Shown piece after piece: positions 1 to 9,348 of a stretch of DNA of 35,651 nucleotides. Origin of the DNA: a virus (lineage: Duplodnaviria > Caudoviricetes). Made by a program: the position numbers and the translations under genes. The stretch is taken from positions 1 through 35,651 of the IMG/VR virus record IMGVR_UViG_3300021408_000054; one strand, given 5' to 3'. Each line of letters starts with the position of its first letter. Within the stretch, counting starts at the first letter, position 1. The notes under the pieces were generated by a model. It ran no database searches. It was not told the DNA's origin and saw only the letters and a program-made list of their open reading frames with translations.

Positions 1-498
1 AGCGCCTGGAGCCACTACCGGGTCTTGTGACCCTTGCGTTGCCGTTGCGAGCGACGTCGCGTCTTCCGCGATTGTTCCACCGGTGATTCCAGCTGCCAAA
101 TTGGCCGTGCCGATTTGAACACCGGGCGTTGCGTAGGACGTGCGCAGTTTGCAGTTGCTCGTGGACAGTGTGAGCGCCGTAGCGTTGGTGGTGCTCTGTA
201 CGGTGTAAGAACGACCAACGAATAGTTGTAGCGTCGTTTTAAGACCAGCAGCGCTAGCGGCAGCGATAGCCATCGGCACTACCTGAGCTTTAACGTTGGT
301 AATCAGTATTAGGTTCGCGCTCGCATTGCGGAAGTCCCAAACAACAACGTTGTTAGTAAATGCTAACCCAGCAGCCGTAGTTTCCCAGCCCGCCGAGTAC
401 TGTCCACCCGCAGTTGGTACCAGTTGCGTCGATATCGCGAAGTTCGCGCTGACGTTGGCCTGGTTCGTGGTGCCCGTTCCGCCTTGAATTACTGCCAT
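1..498 (-). CDS. Partial (runs off window) tail-associated beta-rich structural protein
   Basis: Not in the ORF track. ATG at 498 lies 1 nt after the stop of the collagen gene; the frame is open to position 1 (MAVIQGGTGTTNQANVSANFAISTQLVP...). Thr/Ala/Gly-rich. Confidence 0.75.
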   Translation of the reverse strand, partial: MAVIQGGTGTTNQANVSANFAISTQLVPTAGGQYSAGWETTAAGLAFTNNVVVWDFRNASANLILITNVKAQVVPMAIAAASAAGLKTTLQLFVGRSYTVQSTTNATALTLSTSNCKLRTSYATPGVQIGTANLAAGITGGTIAEDATSLATATQGSQDPVVAPGA

Positions 499-499
499 A

Positions 500-2617
500 T
501 CAGAACCTGTTTCCCAAGTCTTTCGACTCGAATGCTACATAGTCTACGTCAAGCGAGCGGTTAGCGCCGCCGGTGGATTGAATTGCCAAACCGATGTTCA
601 AGCCTTCGGTATCCGGCACGTTCGTTGAGTGCGTAGCCGCCAGAACATCGTTAATGTAAAACTCGATGGTTCCGAGTGTGTCTTGCAGAATGCGCAGACG
701 ATACCAGGTGTTCAGAACCATCGCGATGCCTGTGTCGATATCTGTGTTGACGCCGGCTTCGCGCGTAAACGTGTGAAAGCTAGAGTCGGACGCAGAGTCG
801 AGATAGAATAGAATCGAGTCGGTCGTAGCTGCGAAGACGTTGTTTTCGAAACCTATCTGGATAAAAACGCCAGTCACACTTGGGGCCCGCACGATGGCCT
901 CGAACGAGTAGACGTCCTGACCTAAAATCCACTCGTCGGAGCGTGAGCGTCCCTTGAACATAATGACCGCGTCGCCAACCACGTTGTCCGTGGTCATACG
1001 AAGAATGCCAGGATGATTGTCTTCACCTGGAGGCACTGTTGCCGTGCCTAGGTCCGCCCCGCCACCAATGGTCATTCCAGTCCAGTGAGTCTGGCCCAGG
1101 TGTAGCTCAGTGCCCGCAGTTGCCCATGACTCGTCTCTAACGTGATCGAAGTCCTCCCAAAAAATCATGCGACGTTGCTGTTTGCGAAACGTTAGCCCGC
1201 TCGTATCCTGGTCCATATCCGAATCGGGACGCAAGTCGAGACTGATTGTGCCGTCAGAGTTGGATCTCAGCGCCAACCCGTCGCCAATGAACTTCCACAC
1301 GAGACCGATGGTGCTCGCGTCGCGCACTAGCGTCATACCTGGTGATCCGGCGGCAATATCTTGCCTAACAGCGGTAGCGCTGGTCGGGTTTCCCAGTACC
1401 GTGTAAGGAGGCGCCGTCCCGAGGTTCGTGAGCGTGATGCTAGAGCCAACGGCGTATCCGAACTTGATATTACCAATGATTGGGCTTTCAACAGCGTTCC
1501 AGTAAGCAGTAATCGTTGTCGAGCTTGTGACTTGTGCCGATACCGAAACCTGATCCTCAGCTTCATCAGCTAGCGTTCCCTTACCAGTGTAAGGTCCGTT
1601 TATTTGAGTTATCAGAACGTTGGTGCCTGGAGTTAGCCCTGACAAACCAGTGATCTGAAACGTTCCCGATAGAGTAGGGATAGAACCAAGGTTAACCTCG
1701 ACGACGGTAAGAGCCATGAGCGTCGTTCCGCCGCCGCCTCCCGATCCGTCTGCTCCAGGTGGACCAGCTGGACCAATGAAAAACGTCGCTTCAGCGTCTT
1801 GCCCGTCTTGCCCCGGAAAACCGATCGGTCCAGCAATACCGGCTATGCCAGGAGAGCCAGCGGCTCCAGCTGTACCTGGAAATCCCGGTAGTCCGTCAGC
1901 ACCGTCAGCACCGTCAGCACCAGAGAAACCGATCGGACCTGGAACGCCAGCGGCTCCAGGTGTTCCGGCTACGCCGTCAGCGCCATTGGCACCCTGCTGA
2001 CCCGGTAGGCCGTCTTGCCCGTCTTGCCCGTCATAGCCTGGGAAACCTACAGGGCCGCGCTCGCCAGCGGCTCCAGGACTCCCAGTAGCCCCCGCGACCC
2101 CTTGTTGGCCTGGTAGACCGTCCTGACCGTCAACGCCGTCCTGACCTGGGAAACCGATGGCACCCATAACCCCGTCTACACCAGGGGCTCCAACGGGTCC
2201 CTGGAGACCCGGCAAACCATCGGAGCCATCAGCGCCGTCAGCTCCAGGGAAGCCTTGGACGCCAGGCGAACCAGGTGAACCAGATATGCCGGGTAGACCA
2301 TCGGCGCCATCCTGACCGTCTCTACCGTCTTGCCCAGAGAAACCTACAGGGCCGCGCTCGCCAGCGGCTCCAGCCACTCCAGGAAATCCCGGTTGACCGT
2401 GTTCTCCAGGCTCCCCACGTTCACCTTGTACACCTTGCGTACCTTGTAATCCGGTACCCACTGGAATCGGAGCAACAGTGACAACAGTGTTGAAACCGTC
2501 GTCGTCGATCGTTACTCCGATAAACTTTAGAGTGTGACGTCTACGATATGCAGCGTCGTTTTCGTCAAGGATTTCTACATATCCCTGTATGTCTCTAATC
2601 CAGCTCAGGTTTGGCAA
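500..2617 (-). CDS. Collagen-like tail fibre protein with C-terminal ConA/LamG-like beta-sandwich
   Basis: Long Gly-X-Y run (~aa 55-290); C-terminal domain with WYRLRI...IEFYINDVL...DVDYV pattern; located after the baseplate genes. Confidence 0.8.
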   Translation of the reverse strand: MPNLSWIRDIQGYVEILDENDAAYRRRHTLKFIGVTIDDDGFNTVVTVAPIPVGTGLQGTQGVQGERGEPGEHGQPGFPGVAGAAGERGPVGFSGQDGRDGQDGADGLPGISGSPGSPGVQGFPGADGADGSDGLPGLQGPVGAPGVDGVMGAIGFPGQDGVDGQDGLPGQQGVAGATGSPGAAGERGPVGFPGYDGQDGQDGLPGQQGANGADGVAGTPGAAGVPGPIGFSGADGADGADGLPGFPGTAGAAGSPGIAGIAGPIGFPGQDGQDAEATFFIGPAGPPGADGSGGGGGTTLMALTVVEVNLGSIPTLSGTFQITGLSGLTPGTNVLITQINGPYTGKGTLADEAEDQVSVSAQVTSSTTITAYWNAVESPIIGNIKFGYAVGSSITLTNLGTAPPYTVLGNPTSATAVRQDIAAGSPGMTLVRDASTIGLVWKFIGDGLALRSNSDGTISLDLRPDSDMDQDTSGLTFRKQQRRMIFWEDFDHVRDESWATAGTELHLGQTHWTGMTIGGGADLGTATVPPGEDNHPGILRMTTDNVVGDAVIMFKGRSRSDEWILGQDVYSFEAIVRAPSVTGVFIQIGFENNVFAATTDSILFYLDSASDSSFHTFTREAGVNTDIDTGIAMVLNTWYRLRILQDTLGTIEFYINDVLAATHSTNVPDTEGLNIGLAIQSTGGANRSLDVDYVAFESKDLGNRF
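2042..2373. repeat. Exact 35-bp direct repeat in collagen region (2042-2076 and 2339-2373)
   Basis: GAAACCTACAGGGCCGCGCTCGCCAGCGGCTCCAG occurs twice, 297 bp apart (in frame). Confidence 0.9.
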
Positions 2618-3472
2618 TTACACACCGCTTCTGTCAGCGATCGAAGCACGAAGCGAAACGAAATCGACAACAGTGCTCATGCTGGTTGCGCCAGCAGCAC
2701 TACCGACTTCTTGATAACCACCAAACGTGCATCCGCCTGTAGGCAAAGCTGCAGTCAAGATCGTTTCGAACAACACACCGTCAACGTAAACGTTGATACC
2801 GGTAGCGTCGCGTTCGAATTTGAAAACCACATATTCGCCTAACACGACTGGAGCCAACACCACAGAGCTTGAGACGCCCGCAACGCGCTTTAGACGCAAC
2901 CAGTTAGCCCCACTGACTTGTGGGTTATACTGAATACCAAGCGCGTCAGCTCCGCCCAACGTATCGTCGGCGTCGTCGGCTAAGCCAATGCGGAAAACGG
3001 GCACACCAAGGATCGTGTTATTGGTAGCAATCTTAGCGACGATCGTGAATGACTCCACTGTAGAGAAATCTAGAGGAGTAGACGTGGAAGCTGGGCCTAT
3101 GAACCAGCTAAATTGTTCGTTACCTAATGTGCCTGGAGTAGAGACAACCAAACCACCTGGATTCTTAAGCGTGCCGTCGTCTTGGAATACAGACTGTCCA
3201 CCAGACGTCGTAATAATGTTCGTCCATGGAAACGAACCCAAGAACCTAGTTGATCCTTCAGCAATACCGCCTAGCCAGTCTTCTCGAATGATAACGAAAG
3301 CTTCAGGCGAAGCGGCCGCTTCAGGTGTGAGCGATCGCAGAAATTCGATTCGGTTTCCTAGAGCAACAGCGGTGTCTGTTAGCCGCGCTTCCGTTAGGAC
3401 TTCGCCCGTTGCTGCCACGTCTACGATCGCCGTGTAGACTGGGGTGATTAAACCTTGAACTTGAGTAGGCAT
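2618..3472 (-). CDS. Baseplate-anchored fibre/receptor-binding protein with ConA-like domain
   Basis: N-terminal ALGNRIEFLR resembles the LANRT.YLK baseplate-attachment motif; C-terminal INVYVDGVL...VDFVS; directly follows the wedge genes. Confidence 0.6.
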   Translation of the reverse strand: MPTQVQGLITPVYTAIVDVAATGEVLTEARLTDTAVALGNRIEFLRSLTPEAAASPEAFVIIREDWLGGIAEGSTRFLGSFPWTNIITTSGGQSVFQDDGTLKNPGGLVVSTPGTLGNEQFSWFIGPASTSTPLDFSTVESFTIVAKIATNNTILGVPVFRIGLADDADDTLGGADALGIQYNPQVSGANWLRLKRVAGVSSSVVLAPVVLGEYVVFKFERDATGINVYVDGVLFETILTAALPTGGCTFGGYQEVGSAAGATSMSTVVDFVSLRASIADRSGV

Positions 3473-3478
3473 GTCGTT

Positions 3479-4144
3479 TTATGGTCCGTCGTAAACGTAA
3501 GCCGCGTCTTTGAATCGCTTCTTACCTTGAAGCCTGATAAAATTGCCAGGCGTGTTTTCGAACTCGAAATCCCATACAACCCATTGCATAGGCTTATAGC
3601 GCTTGCATATCGCTGTCAGCAAACGATAGTAGCGCTCTCCAGTCTCAGAATCTATACCCTGAGGGCCGATTCGTTTTACTCCAACAACATCCGTCCCGAC
3701 AATGAAGCCTGTTCCGCTAGTCACCGGATGAGACCCGAAAGGAATACGGATCCAGAATCGAGACCAATAATCATCAGGATCCGGTACAGCGGGTAAAATG
3801 ATCTCAGCGTTCGGGTAACCAGCTGCCGTCAGCTCATCTAGCAAACCTTGCTTAGGATCGCCTGTCCAGAAATCCCATTTTCCGAGAATACGAGCGCGCG
3901 CCGAATCGTATGTCTCTCCAGTGTAGTGCGGGCGCATGCAATCATTGCCCAGAAGGTCCACGGCGTCCAACGGCTGAAACTCTGGAATCGTAGAAAACTG
4001 AGCAAGCAATGCGATGCTAGCTCCATCTGTAAGCATGTCGTTCAGGACACCAACGACAATGCCTATAAACTTGGATCCGTAGTCTCCGCTCCAACGTGGC
4101 AGATTCAGAGAATCTACTAAATCAACATGAGTATCAACTGACAT
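3479..4144 (-). CDS. Baseplate wedge subunit (P2 gpI / Mu gp48-like)
   Basis: Follows the J-like gene; LLG.D...ET..SARARI and terminal RYKP motif typical of this position. Confidence 0.6.
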   Translation of the reverse strand: MSVDTHVDLVDSLNLPRWSGDYGSKFIGIVVGVLNDMLTDGASIALLAQFSTIPEFQPLDAVDLLGNDCMRPHYTGETYDSARARILGKWDFWTGDPKQGLLDELTAAGYPNAEIILPAVPDPDDYWSRFWIRIPFGSHPVTSGTGFIVGTDVVGVKRIGPQGIDSETGERYYRLLTAICKRYKPMQWVVWDFEFENTPGNFIRLQGKKRFKDAAYVYDGP

Positions 4145-5276
4145 TGACCGGCACTCTTGTGAAGCTGATTGTGCCTTCTATGGCTTTGGTGTTGGCCGCA
4201 ATCGTAAAGTTACTAAGACCTTCAATGCTCTGAACGCCAGGCACAGTCTTTAACACTCTGTCAATTTGCGAAATCATGATGATATTGCTTGGACCTGGAG
4301 AGAAGTCGTAACCACCCAGCGGAACCGCGTTGAGGAACGCTCGCCACGCCAGCTCAAGCCCATTACGCAGATCAACGTCGTTCACTCCCTGATAGTAAAC
4401 GGTGCCGGAAATGTTGATCGTTTGCGTCGGTGCCGCGATTGCTAAAACCAACTTGTCACCGCTCGGATCGTTTCCGAAGATAGCGGCGTCTAGCGCGGCC
4501 TGAACGAGAATCACATCAGCTCCGCCAGCCGTTGCATTGAGCGCCGCCAGGTACAGATCGGCAGTGCCCGGACCGCGAGGATTCTCGTCATCTATGCCAA
4601 CACTAACCACTGCTGGAGCCGCGTTACGCGCAAGGTTTCGGAATCCTTCGGCAACGCGATCGATTCTTAGCGCGCCCCATTTGGTTTGATTGCGCTCTCG
4701 ATATCTAGGATCTGATTCTGTGTCGGAACCAGCAGTAGTGAAGGCTCCACCGAACGTCACAACTACTCCAGCTAAAGGGGTCACAAGCTCAAGAGTTTGC
4801 GGCGGAATATTTCCCAAGCTACCAGCGAACTCAGCTTCAACTTCCACGACAGTAGTGAGACCAGCCGTAACTGTCTCGATACCAGTGCTCAGAAACGTTT
4901 GCCCGTTGCTCGCCTTGACGGTGATAGCTCTAGCAGCGAGCGGACCATGTGTTGAGGCTCCCTGGTTTATAAAGTTCAGATCCATCACGGTGCGCGTGGC
5001 TTGCTGTCTCAACTCATCATAGTGAGACACGCCAAGATGATCTAGAAAGTCGCCTTCGGACGTCGGTAAAAAAGCCATCTTAGCGATGGCCGCAACCACC
5101 TTGCTCTGCTCAACACCAACGGCGCTCTGAGCTTCAACGAACGATCGTGCCGCTCCGTTTACTTGCCAAGCTTCAACAGGAAAACCTAGAGCTGGAGTGC
5201 TAAGGATATCGAGAATGACGGTTCTGATCTGCTCAAGCGTCGGAGCCGTCTGCATTTCTTTTACGCTCAACGGCAT
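4134..5276 (-). CDS. Baseplate J-like protein (Mu gp47 / P2 gpJ)
   Basis: SEGDFLDHLG, VEAEFAGSLGNI, GSDTESDPRYRER and RGPGTADLY motifs. Start moved to ATG 5276 (MPLSV). Confidence 0.9.
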   Translation of the reverse strand: MPLSVKEMQTAPTLEQIRTVILDILSTPALGFPVEAWQVNGAARSFVEAQSAVGVEQSKVVAAIAKMAFLPTSEGDFLDHLGVSHYDELRQQATRTVMDLNFINQGASTHGPLAARAITVKASNGQTFLSTGIETVTAGLTTVVEVEAEFAGSLGNIPPQTLELVTPLAGVVVTFGGAFTTAGSDTESDPRYRERNQTKWGALRIDRVAEGFRNLARNAAPAVVSVGIDDENPRGPGTADLYLAALNATAGGADVILVQAALDAAIFGNDPSGDKLVLAIAAPTQTINISGTVYYQGVNDVDLRNGLELAWRAFLNAVPLGGYDFSPGPSNIIMISQIDRVLKTVPGVQSIEGLSNFTIAANTKAIEGTISFTRVPVNVS

Positions 5277-5404
5277 CGCACCCAACTCCCATTCCAGTAA
5301 CATTCAGAAGACGGTACAAGGATCTTGTACGTAACCTCTGGTATCCAAGTTCTGTCGTCTCTGACAACTCGAACCCAAGTATAGCACTTCGTGTCAGGCG
5401 ACAT
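5267..5404 (-). CDS. Small 45-aa Trp/Cys-rich ORF between baseplate genes
   Basis: MSPDTKCYTWVRVVRDDRTWIPEVTYKILVPSSECYWNGSWVRCR; fills the gap and overlaps both neighbours. Confidence 0.45.
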   Translation of the reverse strand: MSPDTKCYTWVRVVRDDRTWIPEVTYKILVPSSECYWNGSWVRCR

Positions 5405-5777
5405 TTAACAGAGCCTCAAATTGAGTGACCGTAAGCGTAAGCTCGAGGTCAGTAGCGTTTTCTTCAACCAACGTTATGCTGATTACCAACGTGATCGAGT
5501 CGCCCTTAGTGTTGACAGAAGCGTCGCACGTTGCTGACTGGACACGTTCGTCTAGCTCGGCTTGTCTCACGACTTCACGTTCAATCTTTTCTTGATCGAA
5601 CGTGTTATGAAGGTTCTGACGCAAGTTGTATCCAACCGTGGGGGCCCACCAAAGTAGACCCGGATCGTGTAACAACTGAGTAGCTACGGACTCGCCTACA
5701 GATTGTCCGGCACTCACGAAATTCAGCGTAGGATCGATATCGTCAACACCGCCGATGTCTATGCCTAACGCGCTCAT
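5394..5777 (-). CDS. Baseplate wedge/sheath initiator (gp25/gpW/Mu gp46-like)
   Basis: 127 aa; PG.L.W.P..GY.L and DERV motifs; lies between spike and J. Confidence 0.75.
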   Translation of the reverse strand: MSALGIDIGGVDDIDPTLNFVSAGQSVGESVATQLLHDPGLLWWAPTVGYNLRQNLHNTFDQEKIEREVVRQAELDERVQSATCDASVNTKGDSITLVISITLVEENATDLELTLTVTQFEALLNVA

Positions 5778-6874
5778 TCGGTACTCAGCTTCTGTGATGC
5801 GACTTCAGCGATCGGGCTAATCAACGTAAGAGTAGGAGCCGTGCTACCTGGGGCGGCCGCCACAGCGTGAATGTGAGCATCAAACACAGTCGCTATCCTG
5901 TCCAACTCAGCCTTCACCAGCGATGCCAGCGCTACCTTCAGTGTACCACCCAACTCGATAGACGTCACCTGGCCTTCATGCCAAAGCGAGGCATAAGGCT
6001 TGCTCGGGTCGCCACCGTCAAAGGCCAGCAGCACCCTCTCTCCATTAGGCACCCTGACTATGCAACCTGGGAGCCCGTGAAGGATCGGGACGCTCTGGAG
6101 GCCTGTTCCGCGCAACCGTGAGTCCTCTGGGAGCAGGTCCAGCGTACCGTCAGCGGCCTGTCTCACGACTTTCGCCGTGTACGTTCCTAGATAGATCTGA
6201 TCTCGGGTTACCCAACGCACATAGCGTTCAAGAACCCTACCACGACCTTCTGTCCAGTATCTGCAAACCAAACGCCCGTCTTGCTTGAGTGTATAGATAA
6301 CTTCACCAACTGAATCGTCCCCAACTAAGCAACCTGGAAGCACTACAGCTTTTTCTATCGCCAGCTCTATCATGCCGCGAGACTCATCTCTGTAGGTCTC
6401 GATTGCTTCAGGCTCCACTTTGACAGGATCTTCAGATTTGATCCTGACTGTTCCGTTGGGATTGATTCTCCAATTGAAGCTCAGGTGTTTAGCTAGCAAC
6501 TGAATGCTTTGACCGATCGTGCCTTCAAGTCGAGTCCAGAAATTGAGCTGAGTAGACAGAGCTTGATCTGTCACCACTCCCATATCGGATAGAACCTTGT
6601 CCGCCTGAACTTTACCGTAATTCAAACCGGTAACCGATTGCTGCCAGTCCGATAATCCTCCAGACATGCGAACCTGTACGCGCTCTGCGTAAAGCTGAGA
6701 GCGCACGACCCTGCCCACCAGTGATTGGCCCGGCATAGTCAGAGTGGCCGTGGAACCCACGATAAATGGAACGCCGTCGGCACAGTGAATCTCAGCGCTC
6801 CAGGCGCCGTTGATTGGCATATGAAGAGACAGATCGGAAACGGGAGAACCGTTCAAACGAATAGGAATAGTCAT
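5774..6874 (-). CDS. Fused baseplate hub + central spike protein
   Basis: N-terminal hub-like region (WRINPNGTVRI); OB-fold spike part (VP.GERVLLAF.GGDPSKPY); terminal HxH (DAHIH) apex motif. Confidence 0.75.
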   Translation of the reverse strand: MTIPIRLNGSPVSDLSLHMPINGAWSAEIHCADGVPFIVGSTATLTMPGQSLVGRVVRSQLYAERVQVRMSGGLSDWQQSVTGLNYGKVQADKVLSDMGVVTDQALSTQLNFWTRLEGTIGQSIQLLAKHLSFNWRINPNGTVRIKSEDPVKVEPEAIETYRDESRGMIELAIEKAVVLPGCLVGDDSVGEVIYTLKQDGRLVCRYWTEGRGRVLERYVRWVTRDQIYLGTYTAKVVRQAADGTLDLLPEDSRLRGTGLQSVPILHGLPGCIVRVPNGERVLLAFDGGDPSKPYASLWHEGQVTSIELGGTLKVALASLVKAELDRIATVFDAHIHAVAAAPGSTAPTLTLISPIAEVASQKLSTE

Positions 6875-7413
6875 CGTGGTTTCACGGCACCGTCAAGCGT
6901 GGTATCAAACGCTTTTATAATTGGGCCAGTGGGTGCCTGGTGTTTATTCTTTCCCTTATTGGGCTCTGACTTTGGATTGAAAACAGAGTCAGACCACTCA
7001 CGCATATTGATCGATACAGAGCGACCGTGAACAGGATCCGCTTTACCAATGTCGTAATCATCGATCATCACGGTCGTAACGCCGGCCCTGTTGACTGTTG
7101 CATTGGTGATATCCAGAGGCAACGCCCGCCCACGCTCACCAGGCATCTTGAGCAACGTGAACGTGTCTTCCCAAAACTGTTTCTCATCTTCCGGAAGCAA
7201 GATGAATGAGACCATGATCTTGGTAAGCTCTACGCCCTTGAACTTGACTCTCGCTTTATTGGAGCCGCCAGAAGTTTGGCCGTCGATCTTGTTCCCGCCC
7301 TTTACGTGAACGTCGGCTGTCTGAGATACCAACACAGGCGGATCGCCTGTGGTACCTAGCAACAGAGTACACTCAGCAGCTCCGTTGTCTTCGTACGTTT
7401 CGATATCAGACAT
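6871..7413 (-). CDS. Tail tube initiator/distal tail protein (gpU-like)
   Basis: Position between tape measure and hub; 180 aa; C-terminal SINMREW strand. Confidence 0.5.
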   Translation of the reverse strand: MSDIETYEDNGAAECTLLLGTTGDPPVLVSQTADVHVKGGNKIDGQTSGGSNKARVKFKGVELTKIMVSFILLPEDEKQFWEDTFTLLKMPGERGRALPLDITNATVNRAGVTTVMIDDYDIGKADPVHGRSVSINMREWSDSVFNPKSEPNKGKNKHQAPTGPIIKAFDTTLDGAVKPR

Positions 7414-9131
7414 TATCCCCCAGCTCCCTGAAGCAAACGATCGAAGTGTGCGCCGATCTCATCTTCAAATTTGCTTTGAACATGTTCAGCTGCTTCAGAA
7501 GCGGAGCCGGCTGTAGAGATTGGTATCGTCACGATGATATCACCAGTCGTAATCGACTTAGAGGAACGGTCGCCTATGCCATCAGCAGCGGCGTTGGACA
7601 TAGCGTCATAGTTTCTAAGGTTCATTGGTAGCTTTCCTGACGCTTCGTACGACTCCAGCAGGCTACCTCCGTACATGGCAGAATCAGCCATGGGAGTTAC
7701 ACCAGCTTGATCGAACAGCTGCCAAGCGTCAGCCGAAAAAGCTCCCATCTGATCCATTGGTGTGACATCGGGTCCAAGCTTTGGTGCGCTTGTACCAGTC
7801 ATCCAGTCTTTAACGGTATCGATAGCACTACTAGGAGACGTGTTTAGAAGCTTTCCAGTCAAGCTCTGAGAATCGATACCTAGAATATCTGTAGCTCTTA
7901 CAGACGTATCTCCGTTGAACAGATTCCACACCTGTCCAATTTTCATCACGTGTCCAGCGATAGTTGACATGTGCCCGGCTATCGTGCCTAGCGTTGTAGC
8001 CATCCTAGGTAACGAGTCAGCGAACATTCTGAAGCTATTCGGATCGAACCCAGAAGCTGAGTTAAACGCCTTCATGAAGTTCTCAGCGATAGACGGTAGC
8101 TTCGGACCGATCGTCTCAAGCGTGGTAGCGATAGCCTGAAGCACGCCAGAGAACTTGTCAGCGAACGGGCTAGAATCGATCTTGCTAGCGCCTTCAAAGA
8201 TAGCGTTGAAGCCTTTAGCTAGAGCCGGCTCAGCCTCTCTGGTGACCTGGAAGAACCCAGCAGAGAGCAGAGAACCGATACGCCCGAGCGTCCCTCCAAC
8301 GGTCTTCTTAGCCGCTTCTTCACCAGCTTGCCCTAGCTGGCTCTTGTTCACGGTCATCAGAAGAACTTCAGCGATTGAATTCAGAGCGACGTCTGATTCG
8401 ATCTTGCCAGCTTCTTTTAGTTTCTTGACCTGAGAAACTACGCTTTTCCCGCCTTTAGCTACTAAGCCTAGGTTCTCTCCGATGCGTTGGTAAAGCTTGC
8501 CTACGGGCAGCCCGGCTTCGCCTAGCTGCCTGATCTCATCGCCTTCAAGCTTTCCAGCTCCCTGAATCTGAGACAGAGCTAACGATACACGCTTCAGCTT
8601 CTCATCTGTTGCACCCAAGAAACGCATGTCCGCAACCAAGTCAGACATCGTGTTGGCTTGCCCAGCATTGAAGCCGAGTGCCATAAACTGTTGCTGGCCT
8701 TCAATGATATCTTCAATCGCTATGCCGTACTTTTTCGATTTAGCAATCGCGATATCGATTTGAGCGTCAGCCTTATCGTCTCCACCTAGCATGGCAGAGA
8801 ATGCTAGCTTTGAGCGTCCAGCTAAGTCAGCGGTCTTTATGATCGCTTCGCCTAGCTTGTACGTAATAGCTGCTGCCGCGACACCAGCGGCCAGAGCTAG
8901 CATTTTCAGCTCTCCAGCCATGCTGCTTATGCCGCCAGTGTCAGCTTTCCCAAATGAACCGAGTAAACCTTTACCACCGCTACCAGATCCGGCAATGAAC
9001 CTGCCTCTAGCGTCGTGTTTACGGCCCAAACGATCTAGTTTGGCCTGGAGCTTGGTAGCGGCCGATCCCATTTTCTTGGACGGCCCTGTTACTTGATCAT
9101 GCAATCCAACGGTAAAGAATTCAGAACCCAT
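7413..9131 (-). CDS. Tail tape measure protein
   Basis: Ala/Gly-rich helical protein; LSQIQGAGKLEGDEIRQL tape-measure motif; N-terminal L.D.VTGP. Start set to ATG 9131. Confidence 0.9.
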   Translation of the reverse strand: MGSEFFTVGLHDQVTGPSKKMGSAATKLQAKLDRLGRKHDARGRFIAGSGSGGKGLLGSFGKADTGGISSMAGELKMLALAAGVAAAAITYKLGEAIIKTADLAGRSKLAFSAMLGGDDKADAQIDIAIAKSKKYGIAIEDIIEGQQQFMALGFNAGQANTMSDLVADMRFLGATDEKLKRVSLALSQIQGAGKLEGDEIRQLGEAGLPVGKLYQRIGENLGLVAKGGKSVVSQVKKLKEAGKIESDVALNSIAEVLLMTVNKSQLGQAGEEAAKKTVGGTLGRIGSLLSAGFFQVTREAEPALAKGFNAIFEGASKIDSSPFADKFSGVLQAIATTLETIGPKLPSIAENFMKAFNSASGFDPNSFRMFADSLPRMATTLGTIAGHMSTIAGHVMKIGQVWNLFNGDTSVRATDILGIDSQSLTGKLLNTSPSSAIDTVKDWMTGTSAPKLGPDVTPMDQMGAFSADAWQLFDQAGVTPMADSAMYGGSLLESYEASGKLPMNLRNYDAMSNAAADGIGDRSSKSITTGDIIVTIPISTAGSASEAAEHVQSKFEDEIGAHFDRLLQGAGG

Positions 9132-9135
9132 CTTG

Positions 9136-9348
9136 TCATCTCCGTCGCTTGGCAAGCGCCTTAATCAGAGACTCCAGCAGCTTGAATGTGCCTTTTACCG
9201 CTTCTATGCCGTCTACGATAAACAACGCGCCAGAGAGTTGCTCTGGCGTGTAGTCTGTCGTCCCGTCATAGGCCTTGAACGCCAGCAGCGACTCAGCGAT
9301 TCGGCCTAAATCGCGTTGTCCAGTCTTCCACTGCTGGATACCTATTTT
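9136..9348 (-). CDS. Tail assembly chaperone -1 frameshift extension (lambda gpT-like)
   Basis: Open -1 frame (KIGIQQWKTGQRDLGRIAESLLAF...AKRRR*) overlapping the chaperone stop, with no ATG of its own; ends 4 nt before the tape measure ATG. Confidence 0.75.
   Translation of the reverse strand, partial: KIGIQQWKTGQRDLGRIAESLLAFKAYDGTTDYTPEQLSGALFIVDGIEAVKGTFKLLESLIKALAKRRR

Noticed and set aside
500-3472. Diversity-generating retroelement acting on the fibre genes
   Set aside because: No reverse transcriptase and no adenine-specific TR/VR pair seen.
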